NCBI GenBank assembly: GCA_019058445.1
Contig: JAHPZA010000009.1
Span: 722,355 to 786,354, forward strand
Origin: Promethearchaeota archaeon
Lineage (GTDB): Archaea; Asgardarchaeota; Lokiarchaeia; Sigyniarchaeales; SOKP01
Direction of reading: 5' to 3'
DNA length: 64,000 bases
Shown: one piece after another, positions 8,590 to 19,417 of the stretch
Layout: each line of letters starts with the position of its first letter
How positions within the stretch are numbered: the stretch's first letter is position 1
The notes under the pieces: model-generated
Seen by the model: the letters and a program-made list of their open reading frames with translations, nothing else
Databases searched by the model: none
Told to the model about the DNA's origin: nothing
Position numbers and translations under genes: made by a program

Positions 8590-9711
8590 TTAATTATTTA
8601 AGTGTAATGAGTTTTTTAATTCTTCTGCTAAGGCTCCTAATTTATTTGCTGTAGCAGATATTTCTTCCATTGAAGCTGTTTGTTCTTCGGCTGCTGAGTT
8701 AATTTCTTCCATTGAAACTGCGGTCACTTTAATTCTGTCTAATATATCTTTAATATTTGAATTGGAATTAGTAACAGCGTTTTTTGATTCTTCGGCTAAT
8801 TTTCTTACCTCGTCGGCTACCACTACAAATCCTTTTCCGTATTCACCTGCTCTTCCTGCTTCAATGCTAGCGTTCAGTGCTAAGAGATTGGTTTGATCTG
8901 ATATATTTGTAATAATTTCCAAAATTTGTCCAATGGCGTTTGAGGATTCCATGACTTTTTGGCTTTCATTTGCTACTTGCTGCGTGGTAGTAGCAATTTC
9001 TTCGGATGATGCGTTTACCTCGTTTGCGGAGGCCACTAATTCGGTTGCCATATTTGAAACGTTAATACTTGTATCTGAAGCAAGATGTAACACGCTAATA
9101 AGTTTATTTTTAGTTGTTTCGAGTTGTATTTCAGTAAAAGCAGCGATTCCTGTTGTCATTAAAATGGTAAAAGATATAAGTGTTGTACCTGTTTCTATGG
9201 CTGGTGAACTTTCCAATCCGAATTGTGGAATCAACATAGAAATTGTATACACTATAAAGCATATAACTGTCGCATTCAGAAATGCATAGGTAGGAGATTT
9301 CTTTACTAAATATATCCGAATCATCATAATACTACAGATTATCATAAGTATTAATAGACTAGATAGCAATCCAATAAGGAAAAGTGGACTTAAAACAAGA
9401 GCAGGACTGATCTTCTTAATTATTGATATTTTCTTACCTCTATCCTTATAAAATGTTTCATAATAGTCTTTAAACACTGCAAGAAAGATAAGCGTAACAG
9501 GAACGACAGCAAAGAGGCTAAACGCAGTGAATAAATCTTCATAAATTCTCCCGATTATCTTAAATATTATCGTAAACAAAAAAGAGACATAAACAAAAAA
9601 CCAAATTACTAGTTCCCTACGTTTCATAAAAACAACTGCAAAAAGGCAAACTGCAATGCTCATCACGATTGTTTGTTGAATATTCATCAAAATAAGATCA
9701 TTATTATCCAT
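8590..9711 (-). CDS. Methyl-accepting-chemotaxis-protein-like transducer: polytopic membrane N-terminus plus short MCP signalling domain
   Basis: Hairpin-tip consensus [39 protein letters not shown]. The N-terminal half contains several hydrophobic helices. Confidence 0.8.
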   Translation of the reverse strand: MDNNDLILMNIQQTIVMSIAVCLFAVVFMKRRELVIWFFVYVSFLFTIIFKIIGRIYEDLFTAFSLFAVVPVTLIFLAVFKDYYETFYKDRGKKISIIKKISPALVLSPLFLIGLLSSLLILMIICSIMMIRIYLVKKSPTYAFLNATVICFIVYTISMLIPQFGLESSPAIETGTTLISFTILMTTGIAAFTEIQLETTKNKLISVLHLASDTSINVSNMATELVASANEVNASSEEIATTTQQVANESQKVMESSNAIGQILEIITNISDQTNLLALNASIEAGRAGEYGKGFVVVADEVRKLAEESKNAVTNSNSNIKDILDRIKVTAVSMEEINSAAEEQTASMEEISATANKLGALAEELKNSLHLNN

Positions 9712-9772
9712 ATTATAGATCTCACCATTTTAATATTATATTTTTAGCAGATTTTTAAAAAAAAATACTACC

Positions 9773-10888
9773 TTAGTTCCCCTTTATCATTGTATATTTT
9801 AGTTCCTCGGCCAAAGCTCCAAGTTTATTTGCTGTGGCCGAAATCTCTTCCATTGAGGCGGTTTGTTCTTCAGCTGCAGCACTAATCTCCTCCATTGAAA
9901 CCGCTGCGACTTTAATTCTTTGTAAAATGTCTTTTATCTTAGAATTACTGTTAATCACAGCATTCTTCGATTCTTCCGCTAATTTTCTCACTTCCTCAGC
10001 TACCACTGAGAAGCCCCTTCCGGCATCTCCTGCTCTTCCTGCTTCGATACTTGCGTTCAATGCTAAAAGATTCGTCTGATCTGATATGGTAGTAATGATT
10101 TGTAGTATCTGTCCAATGGCGTTTGAGGATTCCATGACTTTTTGGCTTTCATTTGCTACTTCTTGCGTCGTAGTAGCGATTTCTTCTGATGATGCGTTTA
10201 CTTCACTCGCACTTGCAGCAAGCTCAGTTGCCATATTTGAGACGTTGATACTTGCGTTTGAAGCGATATTCAAGAGATTTTTAATCCTTTTATGTGATTG
10301 CTCTAATTTCATTTCTGTAAAGGAAGCAACAGGGGTTGCCATCAAAATTGAAACAGATATAAGTGTTGAACCTATGCTTATAGGCAGGGCACCTTCAACT
10401 TCATATGCTATCATAAGAGAAGATATTACTACCATAAAAAATCCCAGTACTGACATATTAAGAAATGCGTAAGTAGGAGTTCTTTTCTTCATATAAATTC
10501 TAATGAGCATAACAATACTAATAATCATAAGAATCATCAAAAAATAGAGAAATCCGATTATGACAGGACTTGCCAACACGGAGGCTCCAAACTTATTTGA
10601 AATTGAGAGTTTTTTATCCTTGAGAAATATTTCATAATACTCTTTAAACACTGCGATAAAGATAAAAAATACTGGTATCGCTCTCGCTAAGGTCGATATC
10701 GTATATAATTCTGCAGAAATTGTTCCGAAAATCTTGAAAATGAGTGAGAAACAGATAGACATATACATAAGTAGCCAAAGGAATAACTCACGACGGTATC
10801 TTAGAAATATAAATGCAAATATGCATGTTGCTATGATCATGATTATTGCCTGTTGAACATTCAAACTTAGAATTTCATTAGTATCCAC
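9773..10888 (-). CDS. MCP-like transducer, tandem paralog of 8590-9711
   Basis: Same architecture, with [39 protein letters not shown]. The C-terminal halves are nearly identical to the neighbour. Confidence 0.8.
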   Translation of the reverse strand: MDTNEILSLNVQQAIIMIIATCIFAFIFLRYRRELFLWLLMYMSICFSLIFKIFGTISAELYTISTLARAIPVFFIFIAVFKEYYEIFLKDKKLSISNKFGASVLASPVIIGFLYFLMILMIISIVMLIRIYMKKRTPTYAFLNMSVLGFFMVVISSLMIAYEVEGALPISIGSTLISVSILMATPVASFTEMKLEQSHKRIKNLLNIASNASINVSNMATELAASASEVNASSEEIATTTQEVANESQKVMESSNAIGQILQIITTISDQTNLLALNASIEAGRAGDAGRGFSVVAEEVRKLAEESKNAVINSNSKIKDILQRIKVAAVSMEEISAAAEEQTASMEEISATANKLGALAEELKYTMIKGN

Positions 10889-11197
10889 GAAAATCTCACT
10901 TCTTTTAAAATTATTTTTTTATTAATTGATGCTAAATTTTGTATTTAAATTTTTGCATAATATTCCCTTTTTTGCATAATTGGATCACAAAAGTGGAAAT
11001 TTTATAATACCTATGTAAAAAAGTGAATCAATCTAATTTTTTACTTATTACTGAATATTTAACATTAGAAAAATAAAAATAAGTTTAAATAAGAGATATT
11101 TTGTAAATTTCTTGTAAATAAAGTAATATATGCTTAAATTCAGAATAGTTTTTATCTGTAAACAATATAAGGTCAAGAATCAGTACGGTTAATTATA

Positions 11198-13849
11198 TTG
11201 ATCAATCAAAATAATATCATAAACATACGGGAAGAATTTAATCCTTTATTTGAGTTTTCTTTAGACTTTTTATTTGTTTATGATTTAATTGGAAAAATAT
11301 GGGACGCTAATGATGTTGCCATAAATAATTTAGGATATTCAAGGGAAGAAATTCTTAATATGAGTATTTTTGATTTCCTAATGGGGGAGGATAAAAAAAC
11401 AGCTAAACAGGGATTAAAAGAAATTGGAGCCAGAGGTAAATTCGAAAACTATAATATTTTTAAAATTAAAAAGAAAGATAGTACGTTAATTTATTTAGAA
11501 GTTTCTGGAATCCCACTAAAAGATTCTTTAGATAACATATATGCATTTTTAGGTATCGGACATGATATAACTGTTCTTAAAGAGATAGAACAAGTATTAA
11601 TTGAATCCGAAGAAAAAAATCGATCATTAATAGAAGCAATGAATCAAGTGGGAATTGGTATTGATATTGTGAATAAAGAGTATAATATTTTGTTCCAAAA
11701 CGATATTCTAAAAAAAAAATTTGGAAATCTTACCGGAGAACTATGCTATGAAAAATATATGGGACTTGAAGATCCGTGTGATTTTTGTCCAATGATAGAA
11801 GCAATAAAAAATAACAAAATTGAGAGCATTGAATTAACAGCTGCCGATGGAAGAATTTATGAATTGATATCAGCTCCTTTTCCTAATCCAGATGGAACTA
11901 TTGATAAAGCTGCTGAAATTGTTATAGATCGTACTGAGCATATATTATCAGAGGAAAGATTAATCAATTCTGAAAAAAAATTTCGACATTTATTTACTCA
12001 ATCACCCTTTAGTATCTCGTTATTTGATATGAAGGGTAATCTAATTGAAAGTAATAGAAAATTTGTACAGACGCTAATGGAATATACCAATATAGATTAT
12101 ACAGGACAAAATTTCATAGACATTGCATCAAACTTTAAAAATTCGAACCAAATCATTCAATTGTTTAGCGAAAGATTTAAGTTAATTCGTAGTGGAAATG
12201 TTCTAAAACCTTTAGAATTTTATTTAATAACTATGAGTGGTAAAAAGGTCTGGCTACGTTGGCAAAGTTCTGTTGTTAAAATAGGAAATGACCAATTTAA
12301 CCAAGTAATAATTCAAGATATAACGGAACAAAAAGAAGCTGAGGAAAGAACAAAAGAATCTGAGGAAAAATTTAGAACTATTACTGAACAATCGTTTATG
12401 GGGATTGCCATTTTCCAAGATGATTTAATAAAATATGCAAATCAAGCCATGCTTAATATTTTTGGTTATTCAATGGATGAAGTGAAAAGCTGGAAAACTT
12501 TAGAATATTTAAAATTGTTCCCCTCTGAAGATAAAGAGTTGATTTTAGAACAAATAAGAAAAAGGCAGGAGGAATATGACTCAAGTCAATATAATTATCA
12601 GGTAAGGTTCATAAAAAAAAATGGAGAGATTGGGTGGTTGGAGTTATTCTCTAATATCATTGAATATAGAGGGAAAACCACAGCTTTAGTTTCTATTATT
12701 GATATTACGGAACAAAAAGAAGTAGATAAAAAAGTCAGAGAATCGGAAGAAAAATTTAGAAATATTGCTGAACAGACTTTTATGGGAATTACAATTATCC
12801 AAGATGATTTAATAATCTACGCAAATCAAGCCATGCTTGATATATTTGGATATTCGATGGATGAAGTAAAAAGTTGGAAACCGTTAGAATACTTGAAATT
12901 ATTCCCCCCTGAAGAAAAAGACTTCATGTCAAAACAAGAAAGAAGGAAGAAAGAAGAATACGATTCGAGCCAACATAATTATCAAGTAAGATTTATAAAA
13001 AGTAATGGAGAAAAAGGGTGGTTGGAATTATTCTCTAACGTTATTGAATATAAAGGAAAAAAGGCAGCTCTAGTTTCTATAATCGATATTACTGATAAAA
13101 AAATGGCTGAAGAATTAATTATTGAAGAAAATAAAAGGTTGTTGGAACTGCATGAAATGAGAAAGGACATTATTAATCGGGTTTCTCATGAACTCAAAAC
13201 ACCATTAACATCTATATATGGTGCTTCTGAAATTTTAATGGAGAAATTAAGAGATGAGATGAGTGAAAATGTTTTTAATTTCATGGAGATCTCATACAGG
13301 GGTGCATTAAGACTGAAAGAATTAGTAGAGAATCTTCTCGATAGTTCTCTATTAGATACAAAAAAAATTGAATTAAAATCGACAAATGAAGATATTGTAA
13401 GAATAATTCTAGAAGTAGTGAATGAAATGGCTCATTTAGCAAAACTTCGAAATCTCACGATAGAAACAGATCTGCCAGACTCTTTAGTTTTGGATGTGGA
13501 TAAACTTAGGCTTCGTCAAGCTATTAATAACATAATTTCAAACGCGATTAAAAATTCTCCTCCTGATAGAAAAATTTTTGTAAATTTGAGCGAAGAAAAG
13601 GGTATTGTTGATATTAAGATAAAGGATGAGGGAGTTGGTATTACGGAAAAAGAAAAGGAAAAATTATTTGAGAAATTTGGTAAGATAGAAAGATATGGAA
13701 TGAATTTAGATGTAGATATTGAGGGATCTGGACTTGGCTTATACATTTCAAAGGAAATAGTAGAATTACATGGTGGGCAAATTCTTGTCAAATCTATGGG
13801 AAGAAACAAGGGTACTACTTTTACAATCAGATTATATAGAAATAGCTAA
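11198..13849 (+). CDS. Multi-PAS sensor histidine kinase
   Basis: Several PAS-like modules are followed by the H-box RVSHELKTPLTSIYG and HATPase boxes (NAIKNSP, DEGVGI, GSGLGLYISKEIVELHGG). TTG start per the ORF track. Confidence 0.85.
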   Translation: MINQNNIINIREEFNPLFEFSLDFLFVYDLIGKIWDANDVAINNLGYSREEILNMSIFDFLMGEDKKTAKQGLKEIGARGKFENYNIFKIKKKDSTLIYLEVSGIPLKDSLDNIYAFLGIGHDITVLKEIEQVLIESEEKNRSLIEAMNQVGIGIDIVNKEYNILFQNDILKKKFGNLTGELCYEKYMGLEDPCDFCPMIEAIKNNKIESIELTAADGRIYELISAPFPNPDGTIDKAAEIVIDRTEHILSEERLINSEKKFRHLFTQSPFSISLFDMKGNLIESNRKFVQTLMEYTNIDYTGQNFIDIASNFKNSNQIIQLFSERFKLIRSGNVLKPLEFYLITMSGKKVWLRWQSSVVKIGNDQFNQVIIQDITEQKEAEERTKESEEKFRTITEQSFMGIAIFQDDLIKYANQAMLNIFGYSMDEVKSWKTLEYLKLFPSEDKELILEQIRKRQEEYDSSQYNYQVRFIKKNGEIGWLELFSNIIEYRGKTTALVSIIDITEQKEVDKKVRESEEKFRNIAEQTFMGITIIQDDLIIYANQAMLDIFGYSMDEVKSWKPLEYLKLFPPEEKDFMSKQERRKKEEYDSSQHNYQVRFIKSNGEKGWLELFSNVIEYKGKKAALVSIIDITDKKMAEELIIEENKRLLELHEMRKDIINRVSHELKTPLTSIYGASEILMEKLRDEMSENVFNFMEISYRGALRLKELVENLLDSSLLDTKKIELKSTNEDIVRIILEVVNEMAHLAKLRNLTIETDLPDSLVLDVDKLRLRQAINNIISNAIKNSPPDRKIFVNLSEEKGIVDIKIKDEGVGITEKEKEKLFEKFGKIERYGMNLDVDIEGSGLGLYISKEIVELHGGQILVKSMGRNKGTTFTIRLYRNS
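12356..13123 (+). repeat. Tandem duplication of one PAS module inside the kinase gene (2 x about 384 nt)
   Basis: ESEEKFRTITEQSFMGIAIFQDDLIKYANQAMLNIFGYSMDEVKSWKTLEYLKLFP ... SIIDITEQKE is followed 128 codons later by ESEEKFRNIAEQTFMGITIIQDDLIIYANQAMLDIFGYSMDEVKSWKPLEYLKLFP ... SIIDITDKK. Boundaries are approximate. Confidence 0.8.
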
Positions 13850-13977
13850 TTTTTACTTTTTTTATAATTCATATCTAATTAAAATTATTTTTAGACTACC
13901 TTTAAAAAATAATAATGGAAGTTATTAATTTTATGAATAATTATGCTTAAATAAAGAATTAGCTTAAAATCTTAAGT

Positions 13978-14709
13978 TTGGCTAGATTAAAAATGTCGAA
14001 AGATAAGAAAAAGGTTTTTGAATATGCGGATCCTACTTGTTTTAAATGCAACTCTCTAAATTATTGTACCATAGGAAGGGCTAGCAAGATGCTAGATAAT
14101 TGTCCTATGAAAGTTAGCCCGGAGATCCAAAAACAAGCTAAGGAGCTTTATAAAAACGATGAATTTGTAAAAAAATCAACTGGTGTGGCTTCAACTGTGG
14201 AAGCTAAAGGTTATATCCATTGGCCTCGGCTGAAGGACACTATTGAATATGCGAAAGGAATGGGGTATAACAAACTTGGTTTAGCTTTCTGTGTCGGATT
14301 AAGGGAAGAAGCAAAACAAGTTGCAGAAATATTGGAAAAATATGAATTTGATGTATGTGGAGTATGTTGTAAAACAGGAGGAGTTAAAAAAACTGCTGTT
14401 GATGTGCCTGAAGAATTCACAATGTATTCTAAAACAGGGTATATGATCGGGTGGATTACTTGTAATCCCGCTGCACAGGCATTACTACTTAATAAGGCAA
14501 AAACAGAGATGAATATCATAATCGGGTTGTGTGTAGGACATGATATCACTTTCACGCATCTTTCAGAGGCGCCCGTGACGACATTAATCGCAAAAGACCG
14601 ATCATCGCCCCATAATCCGTGTAGTGTATTGTTTACTCATTATGGAAACGAGTTTTTTAGGAAAGATCTTCAAGATTTAAAACATCCTGAAAAGAGTAAT
14701 AAAGAATAA
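13978..14709 (+). CDS. Conserved Cys-rich hypothetical protein (possibly DUF1847-like metal-binding protein)
   Basis: Cys clusters CFKCNSLNYC, CPMK, GLAFCVGL, VCGVCCK, GLCVGHD, plus AKDRSSPHNPC. The family assignment is from memory only. Confidence 0.35.
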   Translation: MARLKMSKDKKKVFEYADPTCFKCNSLNYCTIGRASKMLDNCPMKVSPEIQKQAKELYKNDEFVKKSTGVASTVEAKGYIHWPRLKDTIEYAKGMGYNKLGLAFCVGLREEAKQVAEILEKYEFDVCGVCCKTGGVKKTAVDVPEEFTMYSKTGYMIGWITCNPAAQALLLNKAKTEMNIIIGLCVGHDITFTHLSEAPVTTLIAKDRSSPHNPCSVLFTHYGNEFFRKDLQDLKHPEKSNKE

Positions 14710-14832
14710 GAAAAAATCTTGTTCTATTTTCTTTTAATTGGAGTAATTCACAAAAGCTTATATAAGGATAGTTCTATTATAATTATACACTTTTGGCATT
14801 TAATAAATTCCAAAAAGGAATGTGATCCGATA

Positions 14833-15552
14833 ATGGCTGTAGCATTAATAGATTTAATTAATGGTATATTTAGCATAATTTTTGTTTTAGTCTCGACCAT
14901 AGTCGGACTAATAACCATTTCGAAATACTTTAAAACAAAAAAAAGAACTATACTTTGGATTGGTCTCGCTTGGATATTAATAGTCAGTCCTTGGTGGCCC
15001 TCATCGTTATCTGTATTGTGTGCTCTAATTACTGGCAAAGGTCTTTCTCTTCAGTTATATCTCTTCATTGGAAATTTTTTAGTTCCCGTATTTTGTTTTT
15101 GTTTAGTTGCGGGCTTCACAAATACTTATCTACTTGAGAAGCAGAAAATTATTTTGGTCATATTTTTTATTTTCGGAGTTATTTTTGAAGTATATTTCCT
15201 GTACTATTTAGCTATCGATCCGAGCGTTCATGGCGAATTACAAGGATTAGTCGATATAGAGTTTAGGGGATTTCTGAGAATATATTTGATATTAATCATA
15301 CTTTTAACATTGATTCTTGGAATTTTAATTGCTCTAAATTCTATAAAAGCTGAACAACCTGAAATTAAGTTAAGAGGAAAATTTCTCCTAATGGCGTTTA
15401 TTTCTTGGACGATTGGGGCAATTTTTGATGCCAGCGTTACCTTAAATTTCGTAACTTTGCCCATTATAAGAATAATTTTAATTTCAAGCGCAATTGAATT
15501 TTATTTCGGCTTTGTACTACCAGATTGGATAAAACCCCGTTCTTTAAAATAA
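14833..15552 (+). CDS. Polytopic membrane protein, paralog of 39316-40041
   Basis: The track ORF starts at 14719, but the paralog aligns from MAVALIDLING (ATG 14833). Shared motifs are PEIKLRGKFLL and EFYFGFVLPDWIK. Confidence 0.6.
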   Translation: MAVALIDLINGIFSIIFVLVSTIVGLITISKYFKTKKRTILWIGLAWILIVSPWWPSSLSVLCALITGKGLSLQLYLFIGNFLVPVFCFCLVAGFTNTYLLEKQKIILVIFFIFGVIFEVYFLYYLAIDPSVHGELQGLVDIEFRGFLRIYLILIILLTLILGILIALNSIKAEQPEIKLRGKFLLMAFISWTIGAIFDASVTLNFVTLPIIRIILISSAIEFYFGFVLPDWIKPRSLK

Positions 15553-15587
15553 TAACAATTTTTTTTTATTATTCTTTCTTGAAAAAT

Positions 15588-16127
15588 TTAAAACCAATCT
15601 GTAAATTCTTCAACAGATCTCCTTTTTCCCTGTTTAATGTTTTTATAGTTGTCTACTTCCTCATCGACAGCGCCAATTGCGATAATTCCCATCAGCTCAT
15701 AAACTTTATCACTTAGTTTAAAGATCTCGTTAATTTGTTCCTTTATATCTGAATCAATTCCTAGCCAAACTGCTCCTATTTCAGGTAAAACATGAACAGC
15801 CAGAAGAATATTTTCTACGAACGCCCCTATCGCCAATATATCACTGTCTCTCTTATCACTTTTTTTTAAGTCAAGAAATACAACTAAACAGCAGGACGCC
15901 GTTTCATAGATATCTGCATATTGAGGCATTACTTCGGCCAACATCATCTTCACTGTTGGGTGTATAACGATATTTACTCTATAGGGCTGATTTAGATTCT
16001 CATCTAAGGCAAAACCGCATTCTAATATCTCTTTAATTGCTTGTTGGGTTAATTTTTTAAATGAAAAGTTCCTTACACTTTTTCTACTCTTAATTAAATC
16101 CATAAGATTTGAAGTCCGGACTTCCAT
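15588..16127 (-). CDS. Nitroreductase-family flavoprotein
   Basis: SRKSVRNF ... NQPYRV ... GAVWLG. Tandem paralog of the next gene. Confidence 0.75.
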   Translation of the reverse strand: MEVRTSNLMDLIKSRKSVRNFSFKKLTQQAIKEILECGFALDENLNQPYRVNIVIHPTVKMMLAEVMPQYADIYETASCCLVVFLDLKKSDKRDSDILAIGAFVENILLAVHVLPEIGAVWLGIDSDIKEQINEIFKLSDKVYELMGIIAIGAVDEEVDNYKNIKQGKRRSVEEFTDWF

Positions 16128-16228
16128 ATTTAAAAAATAAGGATTCTTATGAATATAAAGTTTTTTACTTAAAGCGTATATTAAAGTCTAGTAGTGATTA
16201 TTAAAAAAAATAAATAAATTATGTAAGA

Positions 16229-16768
16229 TCAATACCAATCAACAAAATCTTCAACGGGTCTTCTTTCTCTTGTTTTTTCATTCCTTTGTACTACCGCTTC
16301 ATCAACTTCACCAATGGCAATTACACCCATTAATTCAAATTTCTCCGGATCTAACTTAAATAATTCATTAACGCTCTCCTTTTTGTTTAATATTTCTCCT
16401 AACCAGACAGCACCTAAACCTGGTTGTGCATGTACTCCTAAAAGCAAATTTTGCATGAATGCACCAATACCTTGAATATCTTTTACCCGATCATAGGATT
16501 TTTCCTTATCTAGAAATACAACTAGATTCACATAAGCGCTTTCGATGATGTTGCCGTATTTAGTATGTTCTTTTAACATACCTTTCACTTTTTCATGCAT
16601 AACTACATTGACCCTCCAGGGTTGATTATTCCTGCCTGAAGGAGCCCAGCGGCCGAATTCTAAGATTTCAAGGATAGTATCTTTATATATTTTCGAAAAT
16701 ATAAAATTTCTAACGCTTTTGCGACTTCTAACAAATTCTAGATATTTTTTTGATTCGCTTTCTTCCAT
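16229..16768 (-). CDS. Nitroreductase-family flavoprotein
   Basis: SRKSVRNF ... APSGRNNQPWRV ... GAVWLGE. Confidence 0.8.
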   Translation of the reverse strand: MEESESKKYLEFVRSRKSVRNFIFSKIYKDTILEILEFGRWAPSGRNNQPWRVNVVMHEKVKGMLKEHTKYGNIIESAYVNLVVFLDKEKSYDRVKDIQGIGAFMQNLLLGVHAQPGLGAVWLGEILNKKESVNELFKLDPEKFELMGVIAIGEVDEAVVQRNEKTRERRPVEDFVDWY

Positions 16769-16914
16769 AATATTTAATATTTAGTTTATGGTTTTAAAAT
16801 TTTAACATAATATTTATGATCAAATATCTCAAAATAAAGGCAATAAATTATTAAATACTAAAAACAAATTACTTTTAAAAATCTAAATTATTAGAAGTTC
16901 AGTGAGAGAATTAA

Positions 16915-18216
16915 ATGTTAGGTGATATTAGTGATGAAGTAGCAAATGAGCTACTCGCTTATTTTTCGAAAAGTATGATCGGTAATATTATAATTCGAGA
17001 TGCTTCCTTGGAAAGTAAAATCTTTCCGGTAATGCATTATATTAATACGGCGTGCTATATCTTATACGATCAATCTTATCAATATAATATCTTGAAAAAA
17101 GTAGCCAGTGAGATATCCCCTGAGGATATTGCTAAAAGATCTAAAACCTTATGTTCACCTCTAAATCAGTTGGCTTTTTATTCTATTGCTATGCTTTATT
17201 TACAAGGTCGAGCAGCTACGATTCATGATAATCTCTACAAGAAAAGGTCCAATCCAAATTTAGATATAGAACCTGAAAATAAGAAGAAAGAAACTAAATT
17301 CATCCTTGATTTTTGGAGAAGATTAAGTCCTAACTACCGCAACGATGGAGCTTTAACGGCAGAAAATAAACATATTGTGTTTCTTTCTGATGAGTATATT
17401 AATTCATTAAGGGATGAAATGATTCCTATTAAAGATAATAGAGAGATTATCACAAAACTTAGACAAACCATTGCTCATTTAACTATTTTTAACTTCCTTT
17501 TTCAGGGGGAATGTAGGGCGGGAATTTCTGAACATGGGCCATACTATTTTGAAGGAGATCCAGATGCGTTAATATTCAAAGAATTTCAATTTCTCTATAC
17601 AGGTAAAAAGATTTTTGGAATAGACTACTCTGATTTTATGTGGCAAAAAATCACTAAGCCATCACCAATTCCTAATGTAATCTTCGGAATGACACTCAAG
17701 AATATGAATAAAATAGAATTTAATGATTGGGGAACATTATTTGCTGATCCAGCTGAGTGGCATTCCAATATAACATCAATAGGTATTTGGACAAAAGAAC
17801 AAATTCATCCAAAAGAATTACGTTATCCAAACAAAATGGGGTCAATAAAACCGCTTTCACTCAAAATTTTAGATGAATTAAGCGAATTTGCAAAAAGAGG
17901 TACCAAGGAACTTTATGTTGATTACTCCAAGTGGGATTTTACTAAGAAATTAATGCTTGGTACTAGCAATTATGCCAATAGTTGCATGGCATTATGTGCC
18001 GGGTATGCAGGAATAGAAAATGAATTTAATTGGACATGGGCTAGAGACTATGCTGCGGGTAAATCCCTTAAGACAGATTTATTAGATAAAGAAAGAATAA
18101 CGGAGTATATTGAGCATTTGAAAAGATGGAACGGAGGTCACCCATTTATGCAGCGCGTAATGAGAGGTAGAAAGATCCAAAAAACTGATCCCTTTTATTA
18201 TTTTTTACAAGATTAA
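16915..18216 (+). CDS. Hypothetical protein
   Basis: A 433-aa ORF with coding-like composition and no motif I recognise. Confidence 0.5.
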   Translation: MLGDISDEVANELLAYFSKSMIGNIIIRDASLESKIFPVMHYINTACYILYDQSYQYNILKKVASEISPEDIAKRSKTLCSPLNQLAFYSIAMLYLQGRAATIHDNLYKKRSNPNLDIEPENKKKETKFILDFWRRLSPNYRNDGALTAENKHIVFLSDEYINSLRDEMIPIKDNREIITKLRQTIAHLTIFNFLFQGECRAGISEHGPYYFEGDPDALIFKEFQFLYTGKKIFGIDYSDFMWQKITKPSPIPNVIFGMTLKNMNKIEFNDWGTLFADPAEWHSNITSIGIWTKEQIHPKELRYPNKMGSIKPLSLKILDELSEFAKRGTKELYVDYSKWDFTKKLMLGTSNYANSCMALCAGYAGIENEFNWTWARDYAAGKSLKTDLLDKERITEYIEHLKRWNGGHPFMQRVMRGRKIQKTDPFYYFLQD

Positions 18217-19202
18217 TCCCGTGTTGAGATTAGATATTCCGAAATACCATCTCCTTGTTTCCCCTCACATGTAAAAATTGCTACCTGTTCAAAAATTTCA
18301 GTTAAACCTGTACGAGATTTGAGAGGTAAGTACTTGGAAAAAATCGTTTTTGACTCTAATGATTTTTCCTTTCCTTCCTTATCCGTCAAAATAAATATTG
18401 AGGACACAGGTGTTTTTCCATCTTCTTCTGTTTTTGTAGAAACTTCTACTTTTTCTATTATCACATTTTCTTTTCCCTTAGTATAAATTACTCCAGATTG
18501 AGGGGCTTTTCCTAAGAGGTCAGATTTAACAAAATTAATAGTCTGCTCTTCAAATTGAGCAGAAACCCAATTCCATCCATCAATTTGGACCCATTTCCTA
18601 ATTCCCCAGCTGTGATCACGGTGGCCGTATCCTTTAATTTTTCGAGTTTCATAGATCTCACCTCTTTTCATCAAATCCAGAGTACCAGTTGCTAGCATAG
18701 GTTGTTCATAATGCTCTTGAGCTGCAATTTTGAGTAGTTCCTCACCATATTTTTCAAGAATCTTTTTGGGGTTTTCAATCTCAGCTAAATTAAATACTGG
18801 AAAGCGTCCCTGAAAATTAATGTCTAATTTAATTTTTTTATCTTTATATTTAACGCTCCATTCATTCATTGGTTTTATACAGTAGTATTTTAGCTTATTA
18901 TCAAATTCCCAGTTGGCGGGTATTTTTTCAAGGGGGACCTCATTATAATAGCTATTATCCTTGCCATCAACAATTAACAGCATTAATAATCGTGACTTGT
19001 TTTTATCCATATGTAGCGATAATCTAGTAATAAAGTACACATTATTTGGGCGATCAATAAAATTAAAGTACCAACTTTCGTTATGATATTGCGGGAATTT
19101 CCCTAATTCTTTTTCAAAATCATGAAAAAATTCATCCTTTTCGGACATTGGAACCCTATTCTTAATTAATTTCTCTAAGTCAATATCATCTGACATTAAC
19201 AT
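18213..19202 (-). CDS. Hypothetical protein (beta-rich; GHRDHSWGIRKW motif)
   Basis: A 329-aa ORF convergent with the previous gene; their stop codons overlap. I cannot assign a confident family. Confidence 0.5.
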   Translation of the reverse strand: MLMSDDIDLEKLIKNRVPMSEKDEFFHDFEKELGKFPQYHNESWYFNFIDRPNNVYFITRLSLHMDKNKSRLLMLLIVDGKDNSYYNEVPLEKIPANWEFDNKLKYYCIKPMNEWSVKYKDKKIKLDINFQGRFPVFNLAEIENPKKILEKYGEELLKIAAQEHYEQPMLATGTLDLMKRGEIYETRKIKGYGHRDHSWGIRKWVQIDGWNWVSAQFEEQTINFVKSDLLGKAPQSGVIYTKGKENVIIEKVEVSTKTEEDGKTPVSSIFILTDKEGKEKSLESKTIFSKYLPLKSRTGLTEIFEQVAIFTCEGKQGDGISEYLISTRD

Positions 19203-19417
19203 TCCCTCCTAAATTAAAATATTATTCTTTATAAAAATTCAATTAAAATGATTTTAATTTATAATTTTAATTTTATATCTATTAATATTTTGGATGTGAT
19301 ATAAAACTCTTTCATAATAAATGTTTATTATACTTTCAAATTATATAATTAGGAAAACCAATAAAAAAAGTATTTAAAAAAAAAGAAAGAAAATAAGAAA
19401 TTAAATATATTTTGTAT

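Noticed and set aside
8933-10472. Plus-strand ORFs of 81-128 aa (8933-9289, 9834-10079, 10086-10472) inside the MCP-like genes
   Set aside because: They lie antisense to genes with strong MCP motifs. Their translations are low-complexity Ser/Ala/Phe-rich mirror images, and they recur only because the host genes are duplicated. They are shadow ORFs.
14719-14832. The 38-codon N-terminal extension of the membrane protein ORF
   Set aside because: The paralog at 39316 aligns from the internal Met (14833). The extension begins only 10 nt after the preceding gene's stop and has no counterpart in the paralog.
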